Shown: piece by piece, positions 20,636-30,446 of the stretch
Layout: every line of letters starts with the position of its first letter
Position numbering within the stretch: the stretch's first letter is position 1
Source of the DNA: a virus
UHGV virus genome: UHGV-1372779
DNA: 64,000 nucleotides
Reading direction: 5' to 3' (one strand)
Program-made: the position numbers and the translations under genes
Notes under the pieces: generated by a model
What the model saw: the letters and a program-made list of their open reading frames with translations, nothing else
What the model was told of the DNA's origin: nothing
Database searches by the model: none

Positions 20636-22851
20636 TAGTATTTAACTTCATTATTATGAGGATTATTATCAAACATCTGTGCTAATTCAAGATCAACCTT
20701 TTTATTGTCAACCTCAATCTTACTCTTATTAAATTCATCTTGTAATTTAACTTTAGCCCATTCAATTTTATTTTTCTCTGAATCATCCTGAGCTTGTTGT
20801 AATTGTTGCTGAGCTTGTTGTAATTGTTGTTGCATTTGTTGAAGTTGCTGTTGAAGCTCTTTAATAACTTGATCAGATTGTTCAAGATTTTGTTGCATTT
20901 GTTGTATCTGTCCAGCTTCTTCTTTTCTTCTCTTAATAGCTTCAAGACTTTTTTGTTTATAATCGGTAAGACTTTTACATCCAACTGTTGATAAAACTAC
21001 TTCTGCATCAACTTGTCCAGCTTTAACTAATTCAAGATTTAATTCTCTAATACTTTCCATATCTCTAACAGCCTCTTGTCCATCTGCTATATGTATATCA
21101 AAGTCTGTAAGAGTATAATATTCTGGTAGAGCAGTAAAGATTTTTTGTCCTTTATCTCCTAATATAATAGCTCCAGTCAATCCATCCTTGTAAACTATTT
21201 TCCCTAAATTTAATGCATCTAACATTAGCTCTTTTAATATTAGATTCATATTAGCAAAATAAGACTTAGTTATTATAAAGGACTGTTCCATACCTACTTT
21301 AACATTGTGAACAGCATCTTTTTGCTCTATTCCCCCAATCATTTCTCTAAATACTCCTGTAATACTAGATGCTGAAAGTTCTACTCTCTCTAATGATATA
21401 TCAATGGCTTGAATTGCATTAAGAGGAACTGTATCATCATATCCATTATATATTGTATTAACAGGTGCAACTCCAGGTTCTATTTGAGAAAAATCTAATG
21501 GTGCGAATCCTTGTTTTTTATATCCTACGAATTTAAGTAATCTCATAGTCTCATCTTCGTCTAGCCAAGTTGGAATTTTACTTACATCAATGTATCCTCC
21601 TTTAGATCCTGAATTGGCTATAAGATTTTCTCTATGGAAATGTAAAATATTATACATATCTTGAAGATCAGCAGTAGCTAAGACTAATGAAAATGGTTGA
21701 TTTTGTCTAGTAGTCATAAATACTCCATTGATTGATAAAGTACAATGTTTCTTATTATCTACTGATCTAATAACATTTATATCTTTCTTTCTTATGATAT
21801 AAATATCTTCTCCAATTTTGGCATCAGAATATCTATGTTCTACACCATGTTCATCAGTATCTATATATTCAATCTCATGAACTACTATATCTCTTCTTGA
21901 TGCTGTATATATAGAATAATTTCCATCCCAAGTAGGAGATACTTCTAATCCTCCTAAAACTCCAGTACCTAATTCTGTGTTATTATCAGTTACAGCACTT
22001 ACTGGACCAGTAGATCTAATTACATAAACTTGTCCATCTTGACTTCCATGTCTAATTAATCCTTCTTCAAGTTTTTTCCTAGACTCATCGTCTAATTCTT
22101 TATGATATTTGTGAAGGATTTGTTCTGGAGTCATGTAATATCTACATACTGCTCTAGGTGAATCTTTTAAATAATAACTATTAGGATTTCTTTCAATAAA
22201 AGTATTTATAGGATTTAATGTTTCTAATTCTATATTATTTCCACTTTCACTAGGATACTCTTTATAATAAGCTGTACCTGTTATCAATAAGTCTGTAAAT
22301 AAGATTCTAGATTTAGTTCTTAAATCTATATTTCTAGATTGAGATAAATATGTAATAAGATTCTGAGCAGTTATTTCATACTCTGAAATGAAGTTCTTAT
22401 TTAAATCATTAACTAAATTATTTAAATATTCCTCTGTTAAAGGGTCAGTGGGAGGAGTTCCTTGAAGTCCAAATTTAGTTAATATTTGATTTTGAAGATC
22501 TTTGATATATATGTCTCTTATTTGGGAATCTATATATAATTGTTTTTCTCTAAATATATTAGATAATGTATTAGAATCTTTACAAGATATTTGAATATTT
22601 AAAGGTAAATCTAAAAAGTGTCCCACCAATGCATCTACATGTTTTTTAATTAATGGAATAAATTTAATTTGTGTGGGAGTTCCTATTCCATAATTTTCTT
22701 CTAGATGTTTATATTGATCTAAGTCCATTTTACCATGATAATAATTATAGGCTTTCTTTAAAGCTATCTTATCATAAACAAGATCCGAGATTGTATGATT
22801 TATTTTCTGAATTCTCTTGTCCCGCTCTTCTGTTTCTTTTTTTGTAGTCAT
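20635..22851 (-). CDS. Portal protein (738 aa)
   Basis: Size and position next to the terminase. C-terminal QQLQQ coiled coil. No capsid or terminase motifs. The call rests on synteny and size. Confidence 0.55.
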   Translation of the reverse strand: MTTKKETEERDKRIQKINHTISDLVYDKIALKKAYNYYHGKMDLDQYKHLEENYGIGTPTQIKFIPLIKKHVDALVGHFLDLPLNIQISCKDSNTLSNIFREKQLYIDSQIRDIYIKDLQNQILTKFGLQGTPPTDPLTEEYLNNLVNDLNKNFISEYEITAQNLITYLSQSRNIDLRTKSRILFTDLLITGTAYYKEYPSESGNNIELETLNPINTFIERNPNSYYLKDSPRAVCRYYMTPEQILHKYHKELDDESRKKLEEGLIRHGSQDGQVYVIRSTGPVSAVTDNNTELGTGVLGGLEVSPTWDGNYSIYTASRRDIVVHEIEYIDTDEHGVEHRYSDAKIGEDIYIIRKKDINVIRSVDNKKHCTLSINGVFMTTRQNQPFSLVLATADLQDMYNILHFHRENLIANSGSKGGYIDVSKIPTWLDEDETMRLLKFVGYKKQGFAPLDFSQIEPGVAPVNTIYNGYDDTVPLNAIQAIDISLERVELSASSITGVFREMIGGIEQKDAVHNVKVGMEQSFIITKSYFANMNLILKELMLDALNLGKIVYKDGLTGAIILGDKGQKIFTALPEYYTLTDFDIHIADGQEAVRDMESIRELNLELVKAGQVDAEVVLSTVGCKSLTDYKQKSLEAIKRRKEEAGQIQQMQQNLEQSDQVIKELQQQLQQMQQQLQQAQQQLQQAQDDSEKNKIEWAKVKLQDEFNKSKIEVDNKKVDLELAQMFDNNPHNNEVKY

Positions 22852-23128
22852 TTAAGTCTATTTTTTCTCCTACACTAAATTTAGTTAAATTGAGGTTTCT
22901 ATTTAAGAGATCCTCTCTTACATAGTCTAGAAACTCATCTATTGAAGTACATTGTACATAGATTTTACATGTAGGAGTAAGAAAATCTTTATTCATATAA
23001 AGACTAAGAATAAATCCATCCTCTTTTTCTTCTATCTTCATTTTTCCTACATATATTGCTTCATATACTTCAAGTATTATATCTTCTATTTTGCAAATTA
23101 GCTCTTGCTCTTGCGACTTTGTCATCAT
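22772..23128 (-). CDS. Hypothetical small protein (about 118 aa)
   Basis: ORF bridging the terminase and portal genes. It overlaps both neighbours in other frames and the true start is probably at ATG 23125. Confidence 0.3.
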   Translation of the reverse strand: MMTKSQEQELICKIEDIILEVYEAIYVGKMKIEEKEDGFILSLYMNKDFLTPTCKIYVQCTSIDEFLDYVREDLLNRNLNLTKFSVGEKIDLNDYKKRNRRAGQENSENKSYNLGSCL

Positions 23129-24743
23129 TTATATCATATTGTAAATTAGCTAAATCTTGTAAATCTTGAATTGGATCAGGCTTAACTCCATAGTGTTTAA
23201 TCCCATTATCATCATACCAATATCCAAAAGGTTTCATCTTATTTGCATTCATTTTCTTTGCAACAGCTCCCCATGTTCTCATCTCTTGATCACCTATTTC
23301 ACACATCCCCATCGCAGCAATAATATCGAATTTTCTCTTGTCTTCAAAAGAGTATTTACTTAACTCTTCTAACATAGCTAAATCATCTATTGTAAAGCAA
23401 TATTCCAACACAAAATCAGCTATAAGTTCTAGATAATATTCAATTGTTTGTTTAGATGGGTATACCCCAAACATATCAGTATTAGTTACTTTATTAGTAG
23501 GGTTAACTGAGCTTGGCCGCCTCATTAAAAGACCTTGCTTTTTTCTATCCTTAAAATGGTTTACAATAGCAGTTCTTGAACTTTCAAGTACAGCTTGACA
23601 ACCATAAAATTCTAATAATTTAATTGTTTGATTATATGCTTCTTTAATATTTCTAGGACGATCTTTATATATAGCCACATATTTAGGAGGCTCCAATCCA
23701 AATGTTCTTCTTTTAATTACTAAACAGTAATCAGAAACATCTTTTTGACCAGTCGATTGATCTATACCTTGGTCAATAGAGTCAATTCCTGCTACATACA
23801 AATTCTTAAACAGAGCTCCATTCTCATCATGTCTGGGAAGCTCATATATTCTAACTTTGCCATTAGGAGAAGGTAAAAATTTGAGAATGTCTTGATTTAA
23901 ATCTTTACTATAGGAGTAGTCTACTATTCCAACTTTAGGTTTAATTCCGGAACCATGAACTTTAATATCCGTTATTCTAGCTGCTATAGCTACTGAATCA
24001 AAGATATTATCACCCTGTCTAGAAAGTGCTTCATCTGGGTTGTAACAATATTCAGCACAATATGTAAGATAACCTTCTGGAGATCCAGCTTTGGCATCTC
24101 TTTTCTTATTATAGTACTCAATCGCTTTTTTCTTATTACATACTCCTCTTTTATCTATAATTCCATCTATAATAACTACACTATATGCAGGAATAAAATA
24201 AGATGTAACTACATATTCACCATCTGCCGTGTGATTATGTTTATATGGAAGTATATCATATTCTTTTGGGTTATAAAATAATTCATTTAATCCAGCTACG
24301 GCAGGACCTTCATCACCTCCAGTACCATATCCTATCTTAAATCCTATTCTAGATCCACCCACTATAATAAGAGCATCACCTTGAATCCATTTTTTAATCA
24401 AAACTGGATCAGATCCAACCTCTTCATATAATAACATCTCAGCTCTATCACCTCTAACCTTACTAGGTTTATCAGCAACAATTCCAGTAATCATAGATCC
24501 AAAACCAGACTCATTACCTTCTCTATCTTTCTTAGAGGCTTTTTTCTGAGTAGCTGTATTAACAGCTTGTCTAAGATGTTTAAACCCTCCTTCTGTTTCT
24601 GTATTTAAATAGTCTAATTGTCTCCAACATTTTTCTAATGTCTTAGAAACAAATAGATCTGTGAATGCTGTGTATATAGCTTGTTGTCTTCTCTTAACTG
24701 TATAAAGATTTACACCTAAACAGGCTCCCATTTCTGACCATCC
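23070..24743 (-). CDS. terL: Terminase large subunit, exon 2 (Walker B plus RNaseH-like nuclease domain)
   Basis: RAEMLLYEEVGS is Walker-B-like. YVAGIDSIDQG...DYCLVIKRR matches the start of a terminase nuclease domain. The ORF lacks any Walker A, and its frame is open upstream only to the stop at 24744..24746. Confidence 0.6.
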   Translation of the reverse strand, partial: GWSEMGACLGVNLYTVKRRQQAIYTAFTDLFVSKTLEKCWRQLDYLNTETEGGFKHLRQAVNTATQKKASKKDREGNESGFGSMITGIVADKPSKVRGDRAEMLLYEEVGSDPVLIKKWIQGDALIIVGGSRIGFKIGYGTGGDEGPAVAGLNELFYNPKEYDILPYKHNHTADGEYVVTSYFIPAYSVVIIDGIIDKRGVCNKKKAIEYYNKKRDAKAGSPEGYLTYCAEYCYNPDEALSRQGDNIFDSVAIAARITDIKVHGSGIKPKVGIVDYSYSKDLNQDILKFLPSPNGKVRIYELPRHDENGALFKNLYVAGIDSIDQGIDQSTGQKDVSDYCLVIKRRTFGLEPPKYVAIYKDRPRNIKEAYNQTIKLLEFYGCQAVLESSRTAIVNHFKDRKKQGLLMRRPSSVNPTNKVTNTDMFGVYPSKQTIEYYLELIADFVLEYCFTIDDLAMLEELSKYSFEDKRKFDIIAAMGMCEIGDQEMRTWGAVAKKMNANKMKPFGYWYDDNGIKHYGVKPDPIQDLQDLANLQYDINDDKVARARANLQNRRYNT

Positions 24744-24746
24744 TCA

Positions 24747-25771
24747 TGGTCTTGTTGTCCTATAAGCTTTTTATCCTATAGTTCTGGGAGTTTCCTCCTT
24801 ACTTATTACCGAAATAGAAATAATAAGATATTCTGATTTAATCATCAGACAGTTCAGCGTACATTTTCACCCAAACAATGGGGCCGACACTCTTGGAGAT
24901 ATTATTTCAATCTCTACGCGTTACGGTGGTCAATTAATAATTGACTTACCTCGGTATTAACATAGTAATTAAATTTATTGAACTTTCTACTCATATAAAA
25001 ATTAGAATTATCATATAGTAAATGGAATATTTTAGAAACCTCCTTCTTTGATGATGTACTTATTCTATACATATCATCTCTAGATAAATAATTTAAGTTG
25101 ATTTTAATATTATTTAATCTAAAGAAATCTATTATATCTTCTAATATAGAAGAATATTTAGAACAGATCTCAAACTTAAATCTAAACCTATCTGATTTCC
25201 CTTTTTCAGAAGCAATCCATCCAATAATAGATCCATCTCCATCAAAATACCCTCTAATAAAATGAGGAATGAGATCTTGAGAAATATTAGGAATTTTTAA
25301 TTCTTTATAAGTTTTATTATAACCAAATCCTATATCATTTAGAGAATTTACCAATATGGTGCTATTTATATCAACTCCTTCTTGAGGTCTTCCAATATAG
25401 GTTTTATCTCCTCTTCCTTTAATTTCATAAGAATCAATATGAAACCTTCTACTATTAGGAGAAATATATTTAGATATTAACTCTATAATGTCCCTGTCTT
25501 CTTCACATAATTTAACTCTAAAAGTTTTTCTTTTCTCATCAATAGACCCATCAGCAGCAAAAAATCCTAATAGGTATGCTTGAATTTCAGTTACAATATT
25601 ATTAAAAAATTCATGTCTAACTTCTCTTTTACTTCCATTATTAGTATATAATGGACAAATCTTGTTAAGAATCACTTCTTGGTCATTTACATTCATAATT
25701 TTTATATTTTTAATCGTGTTATTTTTTAATCACCTTAGCCTTCACCGATTTTGCCGGATTTAAAATATACA
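24747..25771 (-). mobile_element. Putative group I intron with LAGLIDADG homing endonuclease, interrupting terL
   Basis: About 1 kb separates two terminase-like ORFs. It contains a LAGLIDADG ORF flanked by GC-enriched, structured, non-coding segments (24747..24913 and 25697..25771). Exon 1 ends in ..FALKSRG (P-loop-like) followed by a stop inside the putative intron. Confidence 0.5.
24914..25696 (-). CDS. LAGLIDADG homing endonuclease (260 aa)
   Basis: Two LAGLIDADG motifs: LLGFFAADGSI and IRGYFDGDGSI. Confidence 0.8.
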   Translation of the reverse strand: MNVNDQEVILNKICPLYTNNGSKREVRHEFFNNIVTEIQAYLLGFFAADGSIDEKRKTFRVKLCEEDRDIIELISKYISPNSRRFHIDSYEIKGRGDKTYIGRPQEGVDINSTILVNSLNDIGFGYNKTYKELKIPNISQDLIPHFIRGYFDGDGSIIGWIASEKGKSDRFRFKFEICSKYSSILEDIIDFFRLNNIKINLNYLSRDDMYRISTSSKKEVSKIFHLLYDNSNFYMSRKFNKFNYYVNTEVSQLLIDHRNA

Positions 25772-26617
25772 TTACTGTATATTGGGACAGGCATTTATCC
25801 CTCTAGACTTTAATGCGAAGACATTTAGTCCTAATTTTTTACAAAGTTCCACATAGTGGAAATATTTATATTGTTCTGCAATAAATGTAGGAAATGAATC
25901 ATTTCTTACAGTTACCTTAGCCTTAGAATCAGATTTAAGAACAGCAGGAGAATCCATTCTATAGAAATTTAAATAGAAGTAATTATCTCCTGTTAAAGTA
26001 TATCCATTATATGTATAACCATATATACATCTTCTTTGTTGCTCTAACCAATATTTAACATAAGAAGGACCATTTATCTCAAATGAACTATACTTGCCAG
26101 TAGCTTCTTTAGTCATAGCAGGCTCTCTAAACCAATCTGGATCAAAATCTAATCCCTGTGTTTCAGTGATTGGTCTATATCCAGTTAATTCATAAGATAA
26201 ATCTGGGTCAAAATATTCTATTGGATCATCTATTCTCACATCCCAATTTGTGAACTTAACATCTTCTCCATTTACATGATATAACTTTCTAAATTCTTCA
26301 TTATCAAAGTTTTCTCTAGTCTGATCTGCAATTTCTAAAGATTGTCTTATGTAATCATTATCGTACAAAACTAAATCTTCTTCTTTTGGATCATCTAATA
26401 AATGCTCTGGAATGTGATAAATAGTTGCTATTTCTTCATCTACTAAATCTTGAGAGTTTATTTTATCTAATAATTCCTGTGTTGTTTCTCTTTTACGATA
26501 AGCTCTTTTAGGCTTAGATTCCTTTTCGAGTTTAGCTTTTTCCCTGGCTTTCTTCTCTTCCTCTTTCTTTCTAAGCTTTTCAGCATTACCTTTAGCCCCA
26601 AAAGTCTTCTTAGCCAT
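25772..26617 (-). CDS. terL: Terminase large subunit, exon 1 (N-terminal region up to Walker A), 3' end approximate
   Basis: Basic N-terminus. Ends ..LNVFALKSRG (KSRG P-loop-like) then reads through into the intron to a stop. Together with exon 2 it gives about 830 aa. Confidence 0.45.
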   Translation of the reverse strand: MAKKTFGAKGNAEKLRKKEEEKKAREKAKLEKESKPKRAYRKRETTQELLDKINSQDLVDEEIATIYHIPEHLLDDPKEEDLVLYDNDYIRQSLEIADQTRENFDNEEFRKLYHVNGEDVKFTNWDVRIDDPIEYFDPDLSYELTGYRPITETQGLDFDPDWFREPAMTKEATGKYSSFEINGPSYVKYWLEQQRRCIYGYTYNGYTLTGDNYFYLNFYRMDSPAVLKSDSKAKVTVRNDSFPTFIAEQYKYFHYVELCKKLGLNVFALKSRGINACPNIQ

Positions 26618-26619
26618 AA

Positions 26620-27198
26620 TTAATCAAATAAACCAGGAGTCTGATCTCCTTTGATTTTACTTTGCTTTTCTAATGCCTTCTTATATCTAATCTCAGCATC
26701 TTTAATTTCATCTAATAATGGCCCAACACTTTTAGCTTCAGCTATTACATCTTTAGCCTTAAACACAGGACTTCCATCTTCTTTTCTCTCATTTAGATCT
26801 ACCAAATAATCAAAATATATAGTTAATTTGTCTACTATATTATATACTGATTTAAGAAGTTTCCAAGTCCTATCATTCTCCTTCATCTCTTTAAAAGCTC
26901 TACAAGCTTTTCTAAATGTTTCATCATCAAACTCAGCTTGAGTCAGTTTAGAGTCTTTTAAAGCCATCTTATGTCTATCCTGCTCAGGATAATCAGCATA
27001 AGGAGATTTCCAATTAAGCATTAGGTAAATATATTTAAATTCCCTAAATGCTCTTAATTTATATCTCCCTTCTACATCCTCAACACATTTATTTCTTTCT
27101 GGTTCTATTAATGCCTCAAACTCTTCCGTTAGTAAAATCGCAGGTTCTACTAACTCTAATTGTCCAGTAGCATTATTATACTGAAAAAAGTCTAACAT
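26620..27198 (-). CDS. Hypothetical protein (192 aa)
   Basis: ORF upstream of terL, possibly a small terminase subunit by position. No motif supports this. Confidence 0.35.
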   Translation of the reverse strand: MLDFFQYNNATGQLELVEPAILLTEEFEALIEPERNKCVEDVEGRYKLRAFREFKYIYLMLNWKSPYADYPEQDRHKMALKDSKLTQAEFDDETFRKACRAFKEMKENDRTWKLLKSVYNIVDKLTIYFDYLVDLNERKEDGSPVFKAKDVIAEAKSVGPLLDEIKDAEIRYKKALEKQSKIKGDQTPGLFD

Positions 27199-27264
27199 AT
27201 ATCATTATTTAAATTAAAAAAGAGTAACATAATTTTTATCTAAAAATTACATTACTCCTTAAAG

Positions 27265-27516
27265 TTATTCACTGGCTTTAACCAGTTCTAAATCTTTAGT
27301 TGAAATCACCATTTCATGAGGAACTTCTTCCTTATCAAACCACAAGCACTTCATTCCTAGAAGCACTTTATTGCAATCAGTTACTTTTTGTGTAATAAGC
27401 ATATTTATTGGAGTATTCTGTAATTCAGAATGTTTAATTCTTACTATATCTCCTGGTTTGAACATTACGTCTTTTTTATTCTCATAGTACATATTACTCT
27501 TCTTTTTTAAATCCAT
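27265..27516 (-). CDS. Hypothetical protein (83 aa)
   Basis: Small ORF. Confidence 0.35.
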   Translation of the reverse strand: MDLKKKSNMYYENKKDVMFKPGDIVRIKHSELQNTPINMLITQKVTDCNKVLLGMKCLWFDKEEVPHEMVISTKDLELVKASE

Positions 27517-28078
27517 AAACTACTACATTACCTCCTTGAATAATATACCATGTATCATCTCCTTCATCAGTAGTTACTGGAAGAGATCTTTCTCCTCCTT
27601 TTATATACATGATTTCCATTCCAGGTTTTATATTTTTAACATCAGGTCCAACTTCTAAAACTAAACCAGTTCCAATAAATCTCATATCCTCCATATCTTC
27701 AGTAGTTCCAGATTTAGAATTATATACTTTATCTCTTACTAAAATTATACCACTATTTCCAACTTCTGGAGCTAAATATGGACTTCTTTCATAGGGTTTA
27801 AACATAATAAAATTTCCTGTTACTTGAAGACACCAGTTTTTGCTCAATCTTTCCTCATATAGAGCTTTTTGTTTTCCATATTCTGTTTGTTGAACCTCTT
27901 CAATGTTTCTTCTTTTTCTTTCTGCCTCTAAAGAATTCCTTTTATTATCCTCTCTTAGTTGTTCTAAGGTCATTGGGATATTATTAAGTTCACAATCTTT
28001 AAGAGTTTTTCTTTCTAAATCAGTCATAATTTCATTAAATTCTTTACTCATATTCATTAATTTTAAATCATTAAACAT
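27494..28078 (-). CDS. GroES-like co-chaperonin with N-terminal coiled-coil extension (194 aa)
   Basis: C-terminal 100 aa (YLAPEVGNSGIILVRDKV...GTGLVLEVGPD..IKPGMEIMYIKGG...GDDTWYIIQGGNVVVYGF) follows the Cpn10/GroES pattern (kPLgdRVlV...GiilP...vlAvG.G....Gd.V.f..y.g......y.i.re.dIlav). Confidence 0.45.
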   Translation of the reverse strand: MFNDLKLMNMSKEFNEIMTDLERKTLKDCELNNIPMTLEQLREDNKRNSLEAERKRRNIEEVQQTEYGKQKALYEERLSKNWCLQVTGNFIMFKPYERSPYLAPEVGNSGIILVRDKVYNSKSGTTEDMEDMRFIGTGLVLEVGPDVKNIKPGMEIMYIKGGERSLPVTTDEGDDTWYIIQGGNVVVYGFKKEE

Positions 28079-28348
28079 TTACCATTTATTTATAATACAA
28101 TGATTATCTTTATTTCTAGCTTTAGCTCTTAATCTGCATCCACATCCTCTAAACCAACCATATAATGGAATATCAGATGTTTCATTAGTATCTGGATTTA
28201 TCCATAAGGAACTATCACACATACCACCTAATTTATCTAAGTACAGAGGACATTGTTTGCATATTTTAATTCTCTCTAAATATAAGTCCTCATTTAATTC
28301 TAAGAACTCTTTAACATGTCCTCCAACTATATCAGAAATTTTCCCCAT
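28079..28348 (-). CDS. Cys-rich zinc-ribbon protein (89 aa)
   Basis: CKQCPLY...CDSS...CGCRLRAKARNKDNHC. Confidence 0.4.
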   Translation of the reverse strand: MGKISDIVGGHVKEFLELNEDLYLERIKICKQCPLYLDKLGGMCDSSLWINPDTNETSDIPLYGWFRGCGCRLRAKARNKDNHCIINKW

Positions 28349-28349
28349 A

Positions 28350-29318
28350 TCAAAATATAACAGGTTTATTTCTCTCTTCTAAGTCTTGTAAAACAAGTTG
28401 TTTTTTATAATATTTAAGCATCCTAATTATATCTTCTTTTCTGTAATCAAGAACATATTCATTAACTTGACCATCATGGGTAAAGTGAACTATTCTTAAT
28501 TCATCTATAATAAAATTAGGATTCATTTTTTGAACCATCCAAGCATATAAGGATAATTGTAATGTATAATGCATGTAATTACAATCTTGGATATTATTTA
28601 AAGGATATTTCATCATTTCATGAGATCCTTTTTTCTTATCATAATAAGACTCCATTTTTAGTTCCTTATTAGTCTTCCAGTCCCAAATTTTAATATGATT
28701 ACCATCTTTAATAAGTAAATCAGATTGACCAGCTATTCTTAATAATCCATCTTTAGATACTGATGATAAAAGTATTTCAGGATAAATAGCTCTTTCTAAA
28801 TCTAATTTATGGTAATTTTTATTTACTTTGAATTTATTCCCAACATTAAATTTATCAATCATTTTCTGTGGGTTCATGTAAAAAGTATTTTCTTGTTTGG
28901 CATGAACTCTAGTCCCATGCTCACAGGCTTCTTTATTAGTGTCTTTCCACCCAGATTTAACCTCTTCACATTTAGATTCAAAGTCTTCTGGAGAGATTCC
29001 AAAATTTAAATAATAAGAATCATCCCATATTTTTTTATCTAATAACTTCTTTTTTACTGAAGAAAATTGATCAGCTCCAACTAAAGCTTCTAAGGCTTTA
29101 TATTTACTCCAAAAATCACCATCGAATTTATTCTCAAATAATCCTATTAGAGTAGTCACTGATATAAACTTTTTATCTTGTACTAATCCAGACTTACCTA
29201 CGTATATATGCTTTTCATCATTATATACAACATCATCTGTTTCCTTATCTATCACTAATTCTTCACCACCAAATCGGAAATGTTTACTTACATCTCCATC
29301 ATTCATACTCATTGTCAT
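28350..29318 (-). CDS. PD-(D/E)XK family nuclease (RecB/Cas4-like fold, 322 aa)
   Basis: GQSDLLIKDGNHIKIWDWKTNKE fits the hhhD(x)n..hxhhD(W/Y)KT catalytic core of RecB-family nucleases. Confidence 0.5.
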   Translation of the reverse strand: MTMSMNDGDVSKHFRFGGEELVIDKETDDVVYNDEKHIYVGKSGLVQDKKFISVTTLIGLFENKFDGDFWSKYKALEALVGADQFSSVKKKLLDKKIWDDSYYLNFGISPEDFESKCEEVKSGWKDTNKEACEHGTRVHAKQENTFYMNPQKMIDKFNVGNKFKVNKNYHKLDLERAIYPEILLSSVSKDGLLRIAGQSDLLIKDGNHIKIWDWKTNKELKMESYYDKKKGSHEMMKYPLNNIQDCNYMHYTLQLSLYAWMVQKMNPNFIIDELRIVHFTHDGQVNEYVLDYRKEDIIRMLKYYKKQLVLQDLEERNKPVIF

Positions 29319-29325
29319 AATATCA

Positions 29326-30009
29326 TCATTTTTTCTTTAATTTTCCCTCATAGTCAAATAGATCACTTAAATCCCTTAATGCAACTGATTCCTCATAGAA
29401 AATTTTATTAGTATCTCTATAAGTAGAATCAGCATAACTTACTCCAACAAACCCAATCGGTGTGCCATGTAATTCAAAATACATCAAGTACATTTGTTTA
29501 GTAGAATTCTTTTTAACCATAGTATAAGTAATAGGATCATAATATTTAATTTCCTCTATATCCCTTATTGCTACAGTATTCTCAGTAAACACTCTTGACA
29601 TAGTTTTAAAATTGGAATTGTTTTGCTTTTGGTAATTACTGGCAATTGAAGTAATTCCGGGTTTAACATCTTCATTATTAATGGTAAAGTATAAGAAGTG
29701 AAGTCCAGTTAATCCAGTAACAGTGTTACTATACTCACCAAGAAAAGTTCTGTCAGCACCTAATCTAAGTCTTAGATTTTTTAAGATTTTATCAATCTCT
29801 CCAGAAATCTCTCCTCGATATTTAATAATCCTATCTTGCATATCTCGTCTTTCCACAAAAACAGAATGAACTCCATTTTCAATAGCATTCTTTACATAAC
29901 TAGGAACGCCAAGCATAGCAAGTATAAGAACTGTTATTAAAAAACACTTAGGATGTTTAATGACTTTGTGCTTTATCAAAGTATTAAACAATTCAATTAA
30001 TTTTATCAT
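29326..30009 (-). CDS. Membrane-anchored hypothetical protein (227 aa)
   Basis: N-terminal TM helix (FLITVLILAMLGV). Confidence 0.4.
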   Translation of the reverse strand: MIKLIELFNTLIKHKVIKHPKCFLITVLILAMLGVPSYVKNAIENGVHSVFVERRDMQDRIIKYRGEISGEIDKILKNLRLRLGADRTFLGEYSNTVTGLTGLHFLYFTINNEDVKPGITSIASNYQKQNNSNFKTMSRVFTENTVAIRDIEEIKYYDPITYTMVKKNSTKQMYLMYFELHGTPIGFVGVSYADSTYRDTNKIFYEESVALRDLSDLFDYEGKLKKK

Positions 30010-30120
30010 TCCTATACCCTAATTAATTTATGATTAGATTTACTTTTTATTCTGCAAATATAATTATATCTTGCAACATAAAAAAGATATAATATGAGTT
30101 TTTAAAATTTTTATCATGAA

Positions 30121-30438
30121 GTGATTATTAGACAATTAAATTATATTGATATGAGTTTAAGTATAAAAGATTTTCAAAATTTAAACATAGACTTATCTGG
30201 CATAGACTTGTCAGAATATATAGATGAAACAGAAAATTCATTGGATGAACAAATGGAATTATTTCTAAAGAAAGGTGGTAAGATACATATAAAGAAAGCT
30301 AATAGAGGTAAGTTTACTAAATATTGTGGAGGAAAAGTTACTTCCAAATGTATTGCTAAGGGAAAGAATAGTTCTGATCCCGCAGTTAGGAAGAGGGCTA
30401 CCTTTGCTCAAAATGCCAGGCGCTGGCATAAGAAATAA
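30121..30438 (+). CDS. Small basic protein (105 aa)
   Basis: Lys/Arg-rich C-terminus. First gene of the plus-strand block after a divergent intergenic region. Confidence 0.4.
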   Translation: MIIRQLNYIDMSLSIKDFQNLNIDLSGIDLSEYIDETENSLDEQMELFLKKGGKIHIKKANRGKFTKYCGGKVTSKCIAKGKNSSDPAVRKRATFAQNARRWHKK

Positions 30439-30446
30439 TTCTAAAA

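Noticed and set aside
20682-20984. 100-aa ORF inside the portal gene; also plus-strand ORFs at 2783, 12021, 17277, 23166, 27609, 27903, 28809, 30764 (minus), 46722 (minus), 51021 and 51071 (minus), 55374 and 55466 (minus), 62878 (minus)
   Set aside because: All lie inside longer, better-supported ORFs on the other strand or frame. They are lysine/leucine-rich low-complexity translations typical of AT-rich antisense frames.
23070-24731. Treating the 553-aa ORF as a complete stand-alone terminase
   Set aside because: It has Walker B and nuclease motifs but no Walker A. Walker A would be expected about 90 aa upstream of Walker B, which places it before this ORF's first residue. This supports the split-gene interpretation instead.
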